A stretch of 64,000 nucleotides of DNA, taken from positions 2,176,001 through 2,240,000 of the forward strand of contig CAVUAK010000001.1 in NCBI GenBank assembly GCA_963739455.1, read 5' to 3'. The DNA comes from an uncultured Gemmatimonadales bacterium (GTDB lineage Bacteria > Gemmatimonadota > Gemmatimonadetes > Gemmatimonadales > GWC2-71-9). Below the pieces are notes generated by a model. It had not been told where the DNA came from and ran no database searches. It was given only the letters and a program-made list of their open reading frames with translations. Both the position numbers and the translations under genes were made by a program. Shown piece after piece: positions 31,488 to 42,322 of this stretch (position 1 is its first letter; each line of letters opens with the position of its first letter).

Positions 31488-34151
31488 CTACTGCTCCGGC
31501 CGGGTGCCGACCGCGGCCTTGAAGCCGGGCTCGGTGGCGAGGTCCCGGAACCACCAGCCGGGATCCTCGGCGAGGCCGTCACGCACATCGGGGTTGGCGG
31601 AGAGATAGACCTTCAATGCGGCAAGCGCCGCCACGTGATCGCCGGCCTGGAGATGGGCGAACGCCTCGTCGTGATAGAGGTCCTTGGTGGGGTCGATGTC
31701 TGCGCCGGCACGCGCGCTCGCAATCACCGCGTTTGCGCTATCCCGGAGGCCCGCGCGCGCGAGGACAGCGGCCACCACCATGCGCGCATGGCGCGTCTCG
31801 AACTCCGGCGACCCGGTCGCCTGGTCGCTGCGCAGCGTCGGGCTCGATGCGAGAGTCCAGGCTTTCGCCACGTCGGGCACCTGGCCCTTCATCGTCATGA
31901 GGTAGAGCTGGCAGAGCACAAACTGCCCATCCGCGGGAAAGCGACGCGCACCCTCGTTGCACCAGCGCGCGGCATCGACCGGCTGGTCGAGATCGTATGA
32001 CGCAGAAAAGAGGCGATCGAGAATGGTGCCGGCGTTCTCCAGGTAGGAATCGGCGTCATACGCGTGGCGGGCCGCGAACAGCACGTCGGTGAGGTTGCCA
32101 CTCTGGTAGTACAGGTGGCTCAGCGATCCCCACGCACCGGCCTGCATGGGCGCAACCTTCACGCTCGCCTCCAGGTCCTGCTGCGCGGAGGCGAGCAGGG
32201 CATCGGCGGCGCGTCCTTCAGGCTCCAGCCGCAGGAGCCAGCGCCAGTAGCGGAGGTTGCCCCGGAGCTCGAGCGCGTCAGGGTCGGACGCATCACGCTG
32301 CAGCGCGCTGTCGGCGAGCACGAGCCCGGCGGCGATCATCGGCTCGGCCGCGAGCGGGTTGCCGACCGACAGGCGCGAGCGTCGGTACGCGAGGCGGCCG
32401 CGGAACACGAGTGGCGCTCCCCACGCCGGATCCCTGGCCGCGGCGACCAGTGCGAGAGAGTCGGACTCGGTGAAGCGCGCGTTCGCCGTGGCGGAGTCGC
32501 CGGTGCTCGCTGCCAGTTCGGCGCGCTTGCGCTGCTGCTCGGCGCGCTGCAGCGTCACCCAGGCATCCGCACTCCGCGTGCTGGACCGCGCCTTGAGCAG
32601 GCGCACCTCCTCGCCAAGCCGTTCGCGAAGCAGGTCCGCCACCCGTCCCGGCAGGGAATCGCGCACCGCAAGCGCATCAGTGAGCGGCTCTTCCACCGAG
32701 ACGCGACGGATCTCGGAGCCTCCGGCGTCCACCAGCCGGGCGGTGACATTGATGCGGCCGTTGCCGGCGGGCTGCACCTCGCCGATCACGAGCGTGCCCA
32801 CCCTGAGCACGCGGGCGATGCTGTCGCGTGGGAGGCCGCTGGTGCGAAATGGTGCGACACCGTTCGACGAGATGACCTCGAGGTCCTGCACGGTCGTCAG
32901 CGACTGGATGAGTTCCTCGGTGAGGCCGTCGGTGAGCGGTCCCAGTGAGTGATCCGGGCTCTTGTCCTCGAAGTAGAGGACGGCCACACGCCGCGGATCG
33001 GCCGCAGTCGCGCTGGCAGCGGGCGGCGACGCATCGGCGCGCTTCTGCCAGAACATCCAGGCGCCCACGGCGAGCACCAGTGCAGCGACCGTCCCGGCGA
33101 TGATCCGTGGCCATGGCAGGCCTGAGCTGAGGGCCATGCCGTCGTCGACTGGGACCTGCCGCGGCGTGCGAACGGTGGCGACGCCCGGGAACGGCGTACG
33201 GGGCGTCCGCGCGATTCCAGCGGCGGACGGCATCGGTGTTCGAGGCGTGGCACCGCGACGACCGGAGACGCGCTCGAGGGCGAGTGCGGCCTCGAGTTCC
33301 CCCAGGGCGTCGGCAAACTCGCGCATGCTGCCGAAGCGATCCTCCGGCGTTTTCGCCAGCGTCCGGAAGGTGGCGTCCTCGAGTTCGTCGGGTATGGCCT
33401 GGCGCACGACGCGCAGGCTGGGCACCTGCTCCATGGCGTGTCGCGCCAGCAGGGCCATGGGGTTGGGGCCGCTGAACGGTGGCTGCCCAATGAGCAGTTC
33501 ATACAGCACGCATCCAAGGCTGTACTGGTCACTCCGGCCATCGAGTTCGCCACCGAGCCCCTGTTCCGGGCTCATGTAGTGCGGCGTTCCGACTGCCATG
33601 CCGGTCTCGGTGAGCTTCTGCCCGCCGGCTACCTCGACCGCCTTGGCAATGCCGAAATCGGCCACGAGTGCATGCCCGCCCTGGAGCAGGATGTTCTCGG
33701 GCTTGATGTCCCGGTGCACGACGTGGTGGTCGTGGGCGAACTGGAGCGCTTCCGCCGCCTCGCGGACAATGCGGACGGCATCCTCCACCTGGAGCTGGTG
33801 CTCCCGCGCGAGGCGGTCGCGAAGGGACTCCCCCTCGATGAACGGCATGACGTAATAGAGAAGGCCGTCGGCGGAACCGGAGTCGTACAACGGCAGGATG
33901 TTGGGATGCTGCAACTGGGCGGCGACCTTGATCTCGCGGAGGAAGCGATCGGCGCCGATGGTGGCCGACAACTCCGGCTTGAGCACCTTGATCGCCACCG
34001 GTCGCGCGTGGCGGGTGTCGGTGGCCAGGTACACGAACGCCATGCCCCCCTGTCCGAGGGGGCGCTCCACGTCGTAGTGCCCCGCGAGGGCGGCCCGCAG
34101 TCGTTCGAACTGGTCGGACAAGGCTGATCTGGAAGAGGGGTTACCCAACAT
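31488..34151 (-). CDS. Hanks-type Ser/Thr kinase with TM, TolB-like and TPR-like domains
   Basis: GQGGMAFV, VAIKVL, HRDIKPEN, DFGIA, GTPHYMSPEQ, DQYSLG; TM; VAVLYF...TEELI. Confidence 0.93.
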   Translation of the reverse strand: MLGNPSSRSALSDQFERLRAALAGHYDVERPLGQGGMAFVYLATDTRHARPVAIKVLKPELSATIGADRFLREIKVAAQLQHPNILPLYDSGSADGLLYYVMPFIEGESLRDRLAREHQLQVEDAVRIVREAAEALQFAHDHHVVHRDIKPENILLQGGHALVADFGIAKAVEVAGGQKLTETGMAVGTPHYMSPEQGLGGELDGRSDQYSLGCVLYELLIGQPPFSGPNPMALLARHAMEQVPSLRVVRQAIPDELEDATFRTLAKTPEDRFGSMREFADALGELEAALALERVSGRRGATPRTPMPSAAGIARTPRTPFPGVATVRTPRQVPVDDGMALSSGLPWPRIIAGTVAALVLAVGAWMFWQKRADASPPAASATAADPRRVAVLYFEDKSPDHSLGPLTDGLTEELIQSLTTVQDLEVISSNGVAPFRTSGLPRDSIARVLRVGTLVIGEVQPAGNGRINVTARLVDAGGSEIRRVSVEEPLTDALAVRDSLPGRVADLLRERLGEEVRLLKARSSTRSADAWVTLQRAEQQRKRAELAASTGDSATANARFTESDSLALVAAARDPAWGAPLVFRGRLAYRRSRLSVGNPLAAEPMIAAGLVLADSALQRDASDPDALELRGNLRYWRWLLRLEPEGRAADALLASAQQDLEASVKVAPMQAGAWGSLSHLYYQSGNLTDVLFAARHAYDADSYLENAGTILDRLFSASYDLDQPVDAARWCNEGARRFPADGQFVLCQLYLMTMKGQVPDVAKAWTLASSPTLRSDQATGSPEFETRHARMVVAAVLARAGLRDSANAVIASARAGADIDPTKDLYHDEAFAHLQAGDHVAALAALKVYLSANPDVRDGLAEDPGWWFRDLATEPGFKAAVGTRPEQ

Positions 34152-34204
34152 ACTACACCAGAACTGCGCCTCGCGGGTGGCCGCGCCGCATTACTTTTCC
34201 CTCC

Positions 34205-34609
34205 ATGCTCCCGCCGTTCTTCTATCGCCTGACCGAGGGGATCCGGATCACGGTCCGTCCCGAATACCTGGCCGACCAGTCGCGACCGTCGCAGCGGCAT
34301 TTCGTCTTCGCGTATCGGGTACGCATCGAGAACACCGGCCCGCAGGCGTCACAGCTGGTGACGCGGCACTGGCACATCCACGACTCGGTGGGCCGCGACA
34401 CCGAAGTGGAGGGTGAGGGCGTGGTGGGTGAGCAGCCGGTGATCTCGCCCGGCGCGGTGCATGAGTACCAGAGCTTCTGTGTGCTGCAGTCGGGCAACGG
34501 ACACATGGAAGGGTCGTATCGCTTCGTCCGAGCCGATGGCACCTCCTTCGAGGCGCTGATCCCGCGCTTCATCCTCGATGCCGAGCAGGCCACCGGACCT
34601 GCCCACTAG
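34205..34609 (+). CDS. apaG: ApaG
   Basis: FAYRVRIEN, QLVTRHW, VEGEGVVGEQP, MEGSY. Confidence 0.95.
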   Translation: MLPPFFYRLTEGIRITVRPEYLADQSRPSQRHFVFAYRVRIENTGPQASQLVTRHWHIHDSVGRDTEVEGEGVVGEQPVISPGAVHEYQSFCVLQSGNGHMEGSYRFVRADGTSFEALIPRFILDAEQATGPAH

Positions 34610-35964
34610 GCCGACGGGCGACCCCGAGCCGCGTAGCACGGCGGCCGACACACGGGAGCAGTTTGCCGCCGCGCTGACGGCCTTGCGACTCGAGCCGGGC
34701 AACTGGCTCATCGCCGTTTCGGGCGGACTCGATTCAGTGGCACTCCTGCAGCTCATCGCCGAGATCGGTCCGGCGCATGGCGTCGTTCCCATTGCCGGTC
34801 ATGTCGATCACGGCATTCACCCCGATAGCGCCGCCGTCGCCGCGCTCGTGAAGCGTCATGCCGAGCGGCTGGGGCTGCAGTACCGCTCGGAGCTGCTGCG
34901 ACTCGATGCCGACAGCTCGGAGACCACCGCCCGACGGGGGCGCTACCAGGCGCTCCGCAGCATGGCGCGGAGCGTGGCGTCGCGCGGGATCATGACCGCG
35001 CATCACGCCGACGACCAGGTGGAAACGGTGCTCATGCGCGCCCTGCGTGGCTCCGGACCGGCCGGTCTCGCTGGCATGGAGGCGGCCCGACGGGTGGATG
35101 TGGTGCGACCGGTGCTGCAATTCTCCGGCAGCAGCCTCGCGAGCGTGGTCGACGAACTGGGCCTGGAGTACTGGGATGACCCGGCGAACGAAAACCCGGC
35201 GCACCTGCAGGAGCTGGATCAGGCTGGACCTCATTCCCCGCCTGCGCACGCGCCTTCCCGATGTGGATGAGCGACTGCTCGACGTTGCGGAGCAGGCCCG
35301 CGATCACCGGACGGCGTGGGACCAGCTCCTCGGCCAGTTGCCCGGGCTCGACCTGATCGAGGGCACCCCAACATCGGTTTCGGCGTTTCCCTGGCTGGCG
35401 AATGATTCGCCGCTCGCCCGACAGTTGCTGGCGACATTGGGTCGCCGCATTGGCGTGCGCCTGTCGCAGCGTGCTGTTCGCCGGGCGCTCGCGCTCGTCC
35501 GGGCCGCGGCAAGCGGACGCCGGGCGGAGATGGGCCATGGGTGGGAGGCGGAGTTCTCTTTCGGCCGGCTCGTGCTCGAACGACCAATCGGGGTGAGCCA
35601 GGCACCGGTACAACTCGATGGGGACCTCGGTCGCCTGGTGTGGCAGGGATGGCAGGTCCGCTGGCGCAGGGCCACGGCGGGCGAGGTCGTGCGTGGCGGC
35701 CTCGTGACCTGGGTGACGCCGGGCGCACTCTCGGTGGGAGCACCAGTGTCGGGCGAACGGCTGCAACCGCTGGGTTTCTCGGGGCGACGTCCCCTCGTGC
35801 GCCTGCTTCAGGATGCACGGGTGCCTGTCGGACGGCGCCGCGGATGGCCAGTGGTGCGGCGCGGTACCGAGGTGATCTGGCTGCCTGGTGTGTGTCGTTC
35901 CGCGGCGGCAGTTCCGGCCATTGATCGCGAGGCCGTTCATCTTCTCTTCGAGCCCAATCCATGA
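34578..35964 (+). CDS. tilS: tRNA(Ile)-lysidine synthase (frameshift near 35210)
   Basis: AVSGGLDS, HVDHG, AHHADDQVET, DPAN; C-terminal domain in ORF 35047-35964. Confidence 0.92.
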
Positions 35965-36514
35965 CCCTTCCGCCAGATGCGCTCCGTCGCACCGGTGGGA
36001 CCGCCATCAAGCGCGTCGTCTTTTCGGAGCAGGCCATCGCCGAGCCGCGTGCAGGGACCTGGCGCGGGAGATCACCCTGGCATATCCCGCCGGCGACCTG
36101 CTGCTGATTGGCCTGCTCAAGGGAAGCTTCATCTTCATGGCCGACCTGGCCCGGGCGATCGAGCGGCCACTGCAGGTGGACTTCCTGGTGGCCAGTTCGT
36201 ACGGCAAGGGCACCACGTCCAGCGGTAACGTGCGGCTGCTCTACGACCCGGCGACGGACCTGGCGGGGAAGCATGTGCTGGTGGTGGAGGACATCATCGA
36301 CACAGGTCGCACGCTCCAGCGCCTGCTGTCATTGCTGAGTGCCCGGCAGCCGGCCAGCCTGGCGGTGTGTGCACTGCTCGACAAGAAGATCGCGCCCCCG
36401 ATACCGGAGGTGCGTTTCGTCGGGTTCGACTGTCCGCCGGCGTTCATCGTCGGGTATGGCCTGGACTACGCCGAGGACTACCGGCACCTGCCTTTTGTCG
36501 CGGAGGTGGGGTAG
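35961..36514 (+). CDS. hpt: Hypoxanthine phosphoribosyltransferase (frameshift near 36045)
   Basis: LLKGSFIFMADL, VEDIIDTG, VGYGLDYAE.YR.LP; tilS-hpt-ftsH synteny. Confidence 0.93.
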
Positions 36515-36523
36515 TTAGGGGAG

Positions 36524-36553
36524 AGTCGGCGGTCGACAGTCGGCAGTCGGCAG
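36524..36553. repeat. Heptamer array (AGTCGGC-like) x4
   Basis: agtcggc ggtcgac agtcggc agtcggc; same family as 3212 and 45166. Confidence 0.8.
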
Positions 36554-36558
36554 GTTGG

Positions 36559-36587
36559 TTGCCCGCTCAACTGGATCGGTCTATCAT
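36559..36587 (+). promoter_or_regulatory. Putative sigma70-type promoter of ftsH
   Basis: TTGCCC-N17-TATCAT in the long hpt-ftsH intergenic gap. Confidence 0.5.
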
Positions 36588-36742
36588 TTTAAGTCCGCTT
36601 GGCGCTTGGTTTTGTGACTGGCGCCACGGCCAGGCCAGACGTCATTTCGGCACTGGTCGTGCACTACAGCAGTGCACGCTCGTCGTTACCGTCGATATGG
36701 CAGGTTTTCGTCTCCCATTCATGGTGGACTTGAAAGAAATAG

Positions 36743-38730
36743 ATGGCTGAACGCATGCCGCGTCCCCCCCGGCCGAGTTGGGGGAACATGGGCAAGAACC
36801 TGGCGCTGTGGCTCCTCGTAGGGCTGCTGGCGCTTGCGCTCTTTCAGATGATGAGCCGCCAGCGGAGTCCGACGGCGGAATTTTCCTACAGCGAATTCAG
36901 CCACGAGCTCGAGCGCGGCAATGTGTCGCGCGTCGAAGTGTTCGATGGCAAGCGCGTCGAGGGCGACTTCAAGAGCGCGGTGACGCAGGACGGCCGGAGC
37001 GCCAAGAGCTTCACCGTGCTCCTGCCCATCGCGAACAGCGAAGCGTTCATGAAGCGGGTCGAGGATGCCGGCGTGCCGATCACCGCGCGCGAGCCCAAGG
37101 CCGGTTTCAGCGCGGTGCTGATCAACCTGCTGCCCTGGATCGTGATGTTCGGGCTCTGGTTCTTCCTCCTGCGCCAGCTGCAGGCGGGCGGCAGCCGCGC
37201 GTTCGCGTTCGGGAAGTCGAAGGCGAAGCTGCTCACCGGCGACACGCCGAAGGTGACCTTCGCCGACGTCGCCGGCTGCGACGAGGCGAAGACGGAACTG
37301 CAGGAGATCATCGAGTTCCTGAAGGATCCGCAGAAGTTCACCCGGCTGGGCGGGCGCCTGCCGAAGGGTGCGCTGCTGGTCGGTCCTCCGGGCACCGGCA
37401 AGACGCTGCTGGCGAAGGCGGTGGCCGGCGAGGCGGGACGCCCGTTCTTCTCGATGTCGGGTTCCGACTTCGTCGAGATGTTCGTGGGCGTCGGCGCGAG
37501 CCGGGTGCGCGACCTCTTCGAGCAGGGCAAGGCGCATGCGCCGTGCATCATCTTCATCGATGAAATCGACGCCGTGGGCCGGCATCGCGGTGCGGGCCTG
37601 GGTGGCGGTCACGACGAGCGCGAGCAGACGCTCAATCAGCTGCTGGTGGAGATGGACGGGTTCGAGTCGAACGACGGCGTGATCCTCATCGCCGCGACGA
37701 ACCGTCCCGACGTGCTGGATCCGGCGCTGCTGCGTCCCGGCCGTTTCGACCGCCAGATCGTGGTGGACTCGCCCGACGTGCGCGGACGCGAGGGCATCCT
37801 GCGGGTGCACATGCGGAAGATCCCGCTCGGTGCCGGCGTGGACCTCGGCATCATCGCGAAGGGCACGCCCGGGCATGGCGGGCGCCGATCTCGCGAACCT
37901 GGTGAATGAAGCGGCGCTCCTGGCCGCGCGGAACAACAAGACGCTCGTGGACATGAGCGACTTCGAGGAAGCGAAGGACAAGGTCATGCTCGGCGTCGAG
38001 CGCCGGAGCCTCGTGCTGAGGGACGAGGAGAAGAAGCTCACGGCGTATCACGAGGCGGGACACACGGTGGTGTCGCTCATGATCGCCGGGCTCCGACCCG
38101 ATCCACAAGGTCACGATCGTGCCGCGCGGTCGCGCGCTCGGGCTCATGATGTCGCTGCCCGACAAGGACCGGTATGGCCAGACCAAGGAATGGTTGATCG
38201 GTCGCCTGGCGATCAGCTTCGGCGGCCGCGTGGCCGAGGAGCTGGTGTTCGGCCCGGAGAAGATCACCACGGGTGCCGGCAGCGATATCCAGCAGGCCAC
38301 CGATACGGCGCGGCGCATGGTGACGATGTTCGGCATGAGCGAGCGGGTGGGCATGATGGCGGTGGGCGACCAGGAGCATGAGATCTTCCTGGGCCGCGAG
38401 ATGTCACAGCGCCGGGCCGTGTCCGAGCGCACCGCGGAAATCGTGGACGATGAGGTGAAGCGTTTCCTCGATGAGGCGTTCGACAAGGCGCGGAAGATCC
38501 TCACCGACAATCGCGTTCTCCTCGACCGCATTGCCCTGACGCTGCTCGACCGCGAGACGGTCGATCGCGAGGATCTCGACCTGCTGCTCCGCGGCGAGCC
38601 ACTGCCGCCCCGGCCGCCGGCGATTCCGCCGCTGGCCCCGGCGCCGGTGGTGCCGCCCAAGGCCGCGGCCTCGTCGCTCCGCGCCACTCCCGTGCTCGGC
38701 GCACCGCCGGCCGAGCCAGCGGGCGCGTGA
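36743..38730 (+). CDS. ftsH: ATP-dependent zinc metalloprotease FtsH (frameshifts near 37870 and 38090)
   Basis: 2 [43 protein letters not shown]. Confidence 0.96.
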
Positions 38731-39909
38731 ATGTCACGCCGCTGACGATCCGAAGTCCTGCGGCGCTGCTCGACGAGCTGCGCTCGCGGGGCTGGGATGC
38801 CGGCACGGCAACCTCGACGGCGGGCGGCGTGATGCCGCTCGCCGTTCGTTGTACGGGCCTGGGGGATGACACCCTCCAGGCCCTTGTCGTGTTCGGCGGC
38901 AGTCACGGCCTCGAGGTCATCACCGGGCCCGGACTGGGCAATCATCGCCGGGTCACACGCGCGACTGGGCGCGCTGGCGCGTCCGTGGTTCGTTCCGGAG
39001 CCGCTGCAGGAACTCGCGACGTGCCTTGGACGGGCACTCCCGGCTGAGGTTCCGGTGCGGTGGCAGACGGCGCGCGGTCCCATCGCGCTCGACCGACCGC
39101 TCATCGTCGGCATCCTCAACGTGACGCCGGACAGCTTCAGCGACGGCGGGAAGCTGCGGGATGCGGCGACGGTACTGGCGCGCGCGACGGAACTGGTGCG
39201 CGACGGTGCAGGGATGCTCGACATCGGCGGCGAGTCGACGCGACCGGGACGTACGGCGGAGGTGCCACTGGCCGAGGAGCTCGCGCGTACGGTTCCGGTG
39301 GTCGAGCTGCTCGCGCGCGAACTGCCGGCTACGCCGCTCTCGATCGACACGATCAAGTCGGGCGTGGCGCGGGCGGCGCTCGATGCCGGCGCGGCGGTGG
39401 TCAATGATGTGTCGGGACTGCGCCTCGATGCGGAACTGGGCACGGTGGTCGCGAGGGCCGGGGCCGGACTCGTGCTGATGCACTCGCGCGGCTCGAGCCT
39501 GGAGCTGGCGAGCTATGCCCATGCCGAGTACGGCGATGACCTGGTGGGAACTGTCATTGCGGAACTGCGCGAGGGACTTGAGCGCGCGTCGACGGCGGGT
39601 ATCGCGCCCGATGCCGTGGCGGTGGATCCGGGCCTCGGCTTCGGCAAGACACCGGCGCAGAGCCTGGCGCTGCTCGACTCACTCGAGGCCCTTCAGTGTC
39701 TCGACCGGCCACTGTACGTTGGGCCGTCCCGCAAGCGCTTCCTGGGCGACGCGACCGGGTTGCCGGCGGACGCACGCGATACGGCGACGGCCGCGGCATG
39801 CGCGCTCGCCTGGGAGCGCGGCGCCCGCATCTTCCGCGTGCATGACGTGAAGCGCGCACGCGAGGCGCTCGCCGTGGCCTCTGCCCTCGATACCCGATTG
39901 AGCGAATGA
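38727..39909 (+). CDS. folP: Dihydropteroate synthase with N-terminal extension (frameshift near 38930)
   Basis: ILNVTPDSFSDGG, DIGGESTRPG, DPGLGFGK, SRKRF, RVHDV. Confidence 0.93.
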
Positions 39910-42311
39910 ACGACACGATCGAAGCGCAGGAACGGCCGCCCTATGGTGCGGCGCTGATCGTTACGCTGGTGGTGCTGGCGGGCTACATCGCGAGCCTGGC
40001 ACCGACGGTCACCTTCTGGGATGCCGGCGAGTTCATCGCCGCCACCAAGATCCTCGGCATCCCGCACCCACCCGGTACGCCGCTTTTCGTGCTGATGGCC
40101 CATGTCTGGGCGGTGCTGCTTCCCTTCGGATCGTGGGCGTTCCGCACCAACCTGCTGAGTGCGACGTTCAGTGCGGCGGGGGCGGGGATGTTTTTCCTGG
40201 TGGTTCATGAGTCCTTGAAAGGCGGGGAAGGCGGGGAGGGCGGGGAGGGCGGGGAGGGCGGGCGCGACCTCGTGCGATTGATCGGGGCGGGTGCGGCAGC
40301 GATCATCGGCGCGTTCTCGTTCACCAACTGGCAGAACTCGAACGAGACCGAGGTGTACGCCGTCGGCACGTTCATGATTGCGGCCTCGTGCTGGCTCGCG
40401 CTCCGGTGGCGGGCGGCGCGGGGCACGCGTCGCGCGCCGGTGTACCTGCTGCTGATCGTGTACCTGCAGGGACTGTCGGTCGCGAACCACCTGCTGGCAC
40501 TGCTGGTGGGGCCTGCGGTGCTCGGCTTCCTCTTCTTCACGCTGCGCAGCGCGCCGTCGTCGGAGCCTCGCGAGCGCCGTCACGAATGGGCCAAGCTCGC
40601 CGCGATGGCCGGCATCTGGGCGCTGCTCATCGGCACCGGGCTCGGCAACACCACGCTGCTGCTGATTGGTGCCCTCTGCTTTGCGGTCGCCGGAATATTT
40701 GCGTTCACCGCGGGGGCCGGCGGCTTTGCGGTGATGGCGCTGCTCCTCGCCGCGGTCGGCGTGTCACCGTACCTGTTCCCCTACATCCGCTCCGGGCAGC
40801 ACCCGATCGTCAACGAGGCGGCGCCGGCCACCTGGGATGCGCTGCTCGCCGTGATCCGTCGCGCACAGTATCCGCCGCGCGGCCCACTCGATGATCCCAC
40901 CGTGGCGCATGGACCGGGGAATCCGGGCCGCTCGCTCACCATCATGTGGCTGCAGGCCCAGAACTATCTCCTCTACTGGCTCTGGCAGTTCGGCAAGAGC
41001 GGTGTGCTCGCGATCCAGGCGGTGGTCTTCGCCGTGTTCTTCGGTCTCGGGGTGCGTGGTTCGCTGGCGCAGCGGCGGAGCGATCGGGGCGTGTGGTGGC
41101 TCCTGTTCCTGCTCTGGCTGGTGACGGGGATCGGGCTCGTGGTGTACATGAACTTCAAGCCGGGCTTCAGCCTCGGGTTTGCACCGGACCTGTTCCCCAA
41201 TGCGAACAACCATGAGGTACGCGAGCGCGACTACTTCTTCGTGGTGAGCTTCGTGGTGTGGGGGCTGTGGGCAGGGATTGGGCTCTGGTCGCTCGTGACA
41301 AGGGCGGCAGGAAGTCAGGCGGCAGAAAAGCAGGCGGCAGGAAGTCAGGCAGGTGCTCCGTTCGCTGCCGCGCTCTTTCTCGTTGCGTTGATTCCTCCCG
41401 CCTTGAACTGGCGGGAGGCGTCGCGCAGCAGCGCGGCCGACAGGACGCTTGCGGCCGATCTCGCGTACAACCTCCTCAATACCGCGCCACCGTACGGCAT
41501 CCTCTTCACCTATGGCGACAACGACACCTTCCCGCTCTGGTGGGCTCAGGAGGTGGCGGGCATACGACAGGACGTGACGGTTGTCTGCCTGGCGCTGGCA
41601 CAGACCGACTGGTACATGCGCCAGCTGCGCGACAACCCGATCCGTGACTTCGACGAGGCCGCGGCGCCCGCCATCTGGCAGGGGCTCCACCCGGTGAAGC
41701 CGACGTGGTCGCTGCACAGCATGACGGACGCCGAGATCCAGAGTGCTGCGAGCTCCCCGATCCTGATCGACTCGACCATGTCGATCCCGATCGGCCCGGT
41801 GGTGGCGAACTTCAAGGCTCAGACGATCCTGTACCCGAACGACATCGTCAGCCTCCGCATCATCCAGCAGAACATCGGTCGGCGGGCCATCGTCTGGTCG
41901 ATCACCACTGGCGACAACTACGAGGGTCTCCGCGACTATATCGTGCAGCAGGCCATGGGTTTCCGGCTCGCCACCGCGCGCCCTGATTCGTCGCAACCGG
42001 GCCTGAGCCTGGGTGGCATCGGGAACATCGCGGTGGACATCCCACTCACCCATCGTCTGGCGTGGGAGACCTATCAGTACGGATTCCTGCTGACTGGGCG
42101 GACGGACCGCCTCGAGAGCACGTCGGCGAGCATGGCTTCCAGCTTGTCCATCCCCTTCACCATCCTGGCCTATCACGCGGATGCGCTGGGCGACACTGCC
42201 GCCGTGATAAAGAACCTCGAGCGGGCCCAGCAGATCGCCCCCAATGAGGCGATCGAGGCAGCGCTCTCGGCCTACAGGTCCCACCTCCTCCCAGCCGCTC
42301 CAACCCCTTAA
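39906..42311 (+). CDS. DUF2723 (TMEM260-like, GT-C) polytopic membrane protein
   Basis: WDAGEF..LGIPHPPGTP, E.EVYA, ERDYFF, GDNDTFPLW. Confidence 0.88.
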   Translation: MNDTIEAQERPPYGAALIVTLVVLAGYIASLAPTVTFWDAGEFIAATKILGIPHPPGTPLFVLMAHVWAVLLPFGSWAFRTNLLSATFSAAGAGMFFLVVHESLKGGEGGEGGEGGEGGRDLVRLIGAGAAAIIGAFSFTNWQNSNETEVYAVGTFMIAASCWLALRWRAARGTRRAPVYLLLIVYLQGLSVANHLLALLVGPAVLGFLFFTLRSAPSSEPRERRHEWAKLAAMAGIWALLIGTGLGNTTLLLIGALCFAVAGIFAFTAGAGGFAVMALLLAAVGVSPYLFPYIRSGQHPIVNEAAPATWDALLAVIRRAQYPPRGPLDDPTVAHGPGNPGRSLTIMWLQAQNYLLYWLWQFGKSGVLAIQAVVFAVFFGLGVRGSLAQRRSDRGVWWLLFLLWLVTGIGLVVYMNFKPGFSLGFAPDLFPNANNHEVRERDYFFVVSFVVWGLWAGIGLWSLVTRAAGSQAAEKQAAGSQAGAPFAAALFLVALIPPALNWREASRSSAADRTLAADLAYNLLNTAPPYGILFTYGDNDTFPLWWAQEVAGIRQDVTVVCLALAQTDWYMRQLRDNPIRDFDEAAAPAIWQGLHPVKPTWSLHSMTDAEIQSAASSPILIDSTMSIPIGPVVANFKAQTILYPNDIVSLRIIQQNIGRRAIVWSITTGDNYEGLRDYIVQQAMGFRLATARPDSSQPGLSLGGIGNIAVDIPLTHRLAWETYQYGFLLTGRTDRLESTSASMASSLSIPFTILAYHADALGDTAAVIKNLERAQQIAPNEAIEAALSAYRSHLLPAAPTP
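40221..40262. repeat. 9-bp repeat (GGCGGGGAR) x4.7, in-frame, encoding (GGE)4
   Basis: ggcggggaa ggcggggag ggcggggag ggcggggag ggcggg. Confidence 0.9.
41303..41353. repeat. 15-bp repeat (GGCGGCAGGAAGTCA) x3, in-frame
   Basis: Encodes AAGSQAAEKQAAGSQAG between TM helices. Confidence 0.85.
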
Positions 42312-42322
42312 ATTCCAAGGTT

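Noticed and set aside
15243..34151. Prophage or integrative element at tRNA-Met
   Set aside because: No integrase, transposase, phage gene or att duplication was seen.
34578..39909. Split tilS, hpt, ftsH and folP as pseudogenes or programmed frameshifts
   Set aside because: Single-base indels in core genes with no slippery sites noticed; same error pattern as elsewhere.
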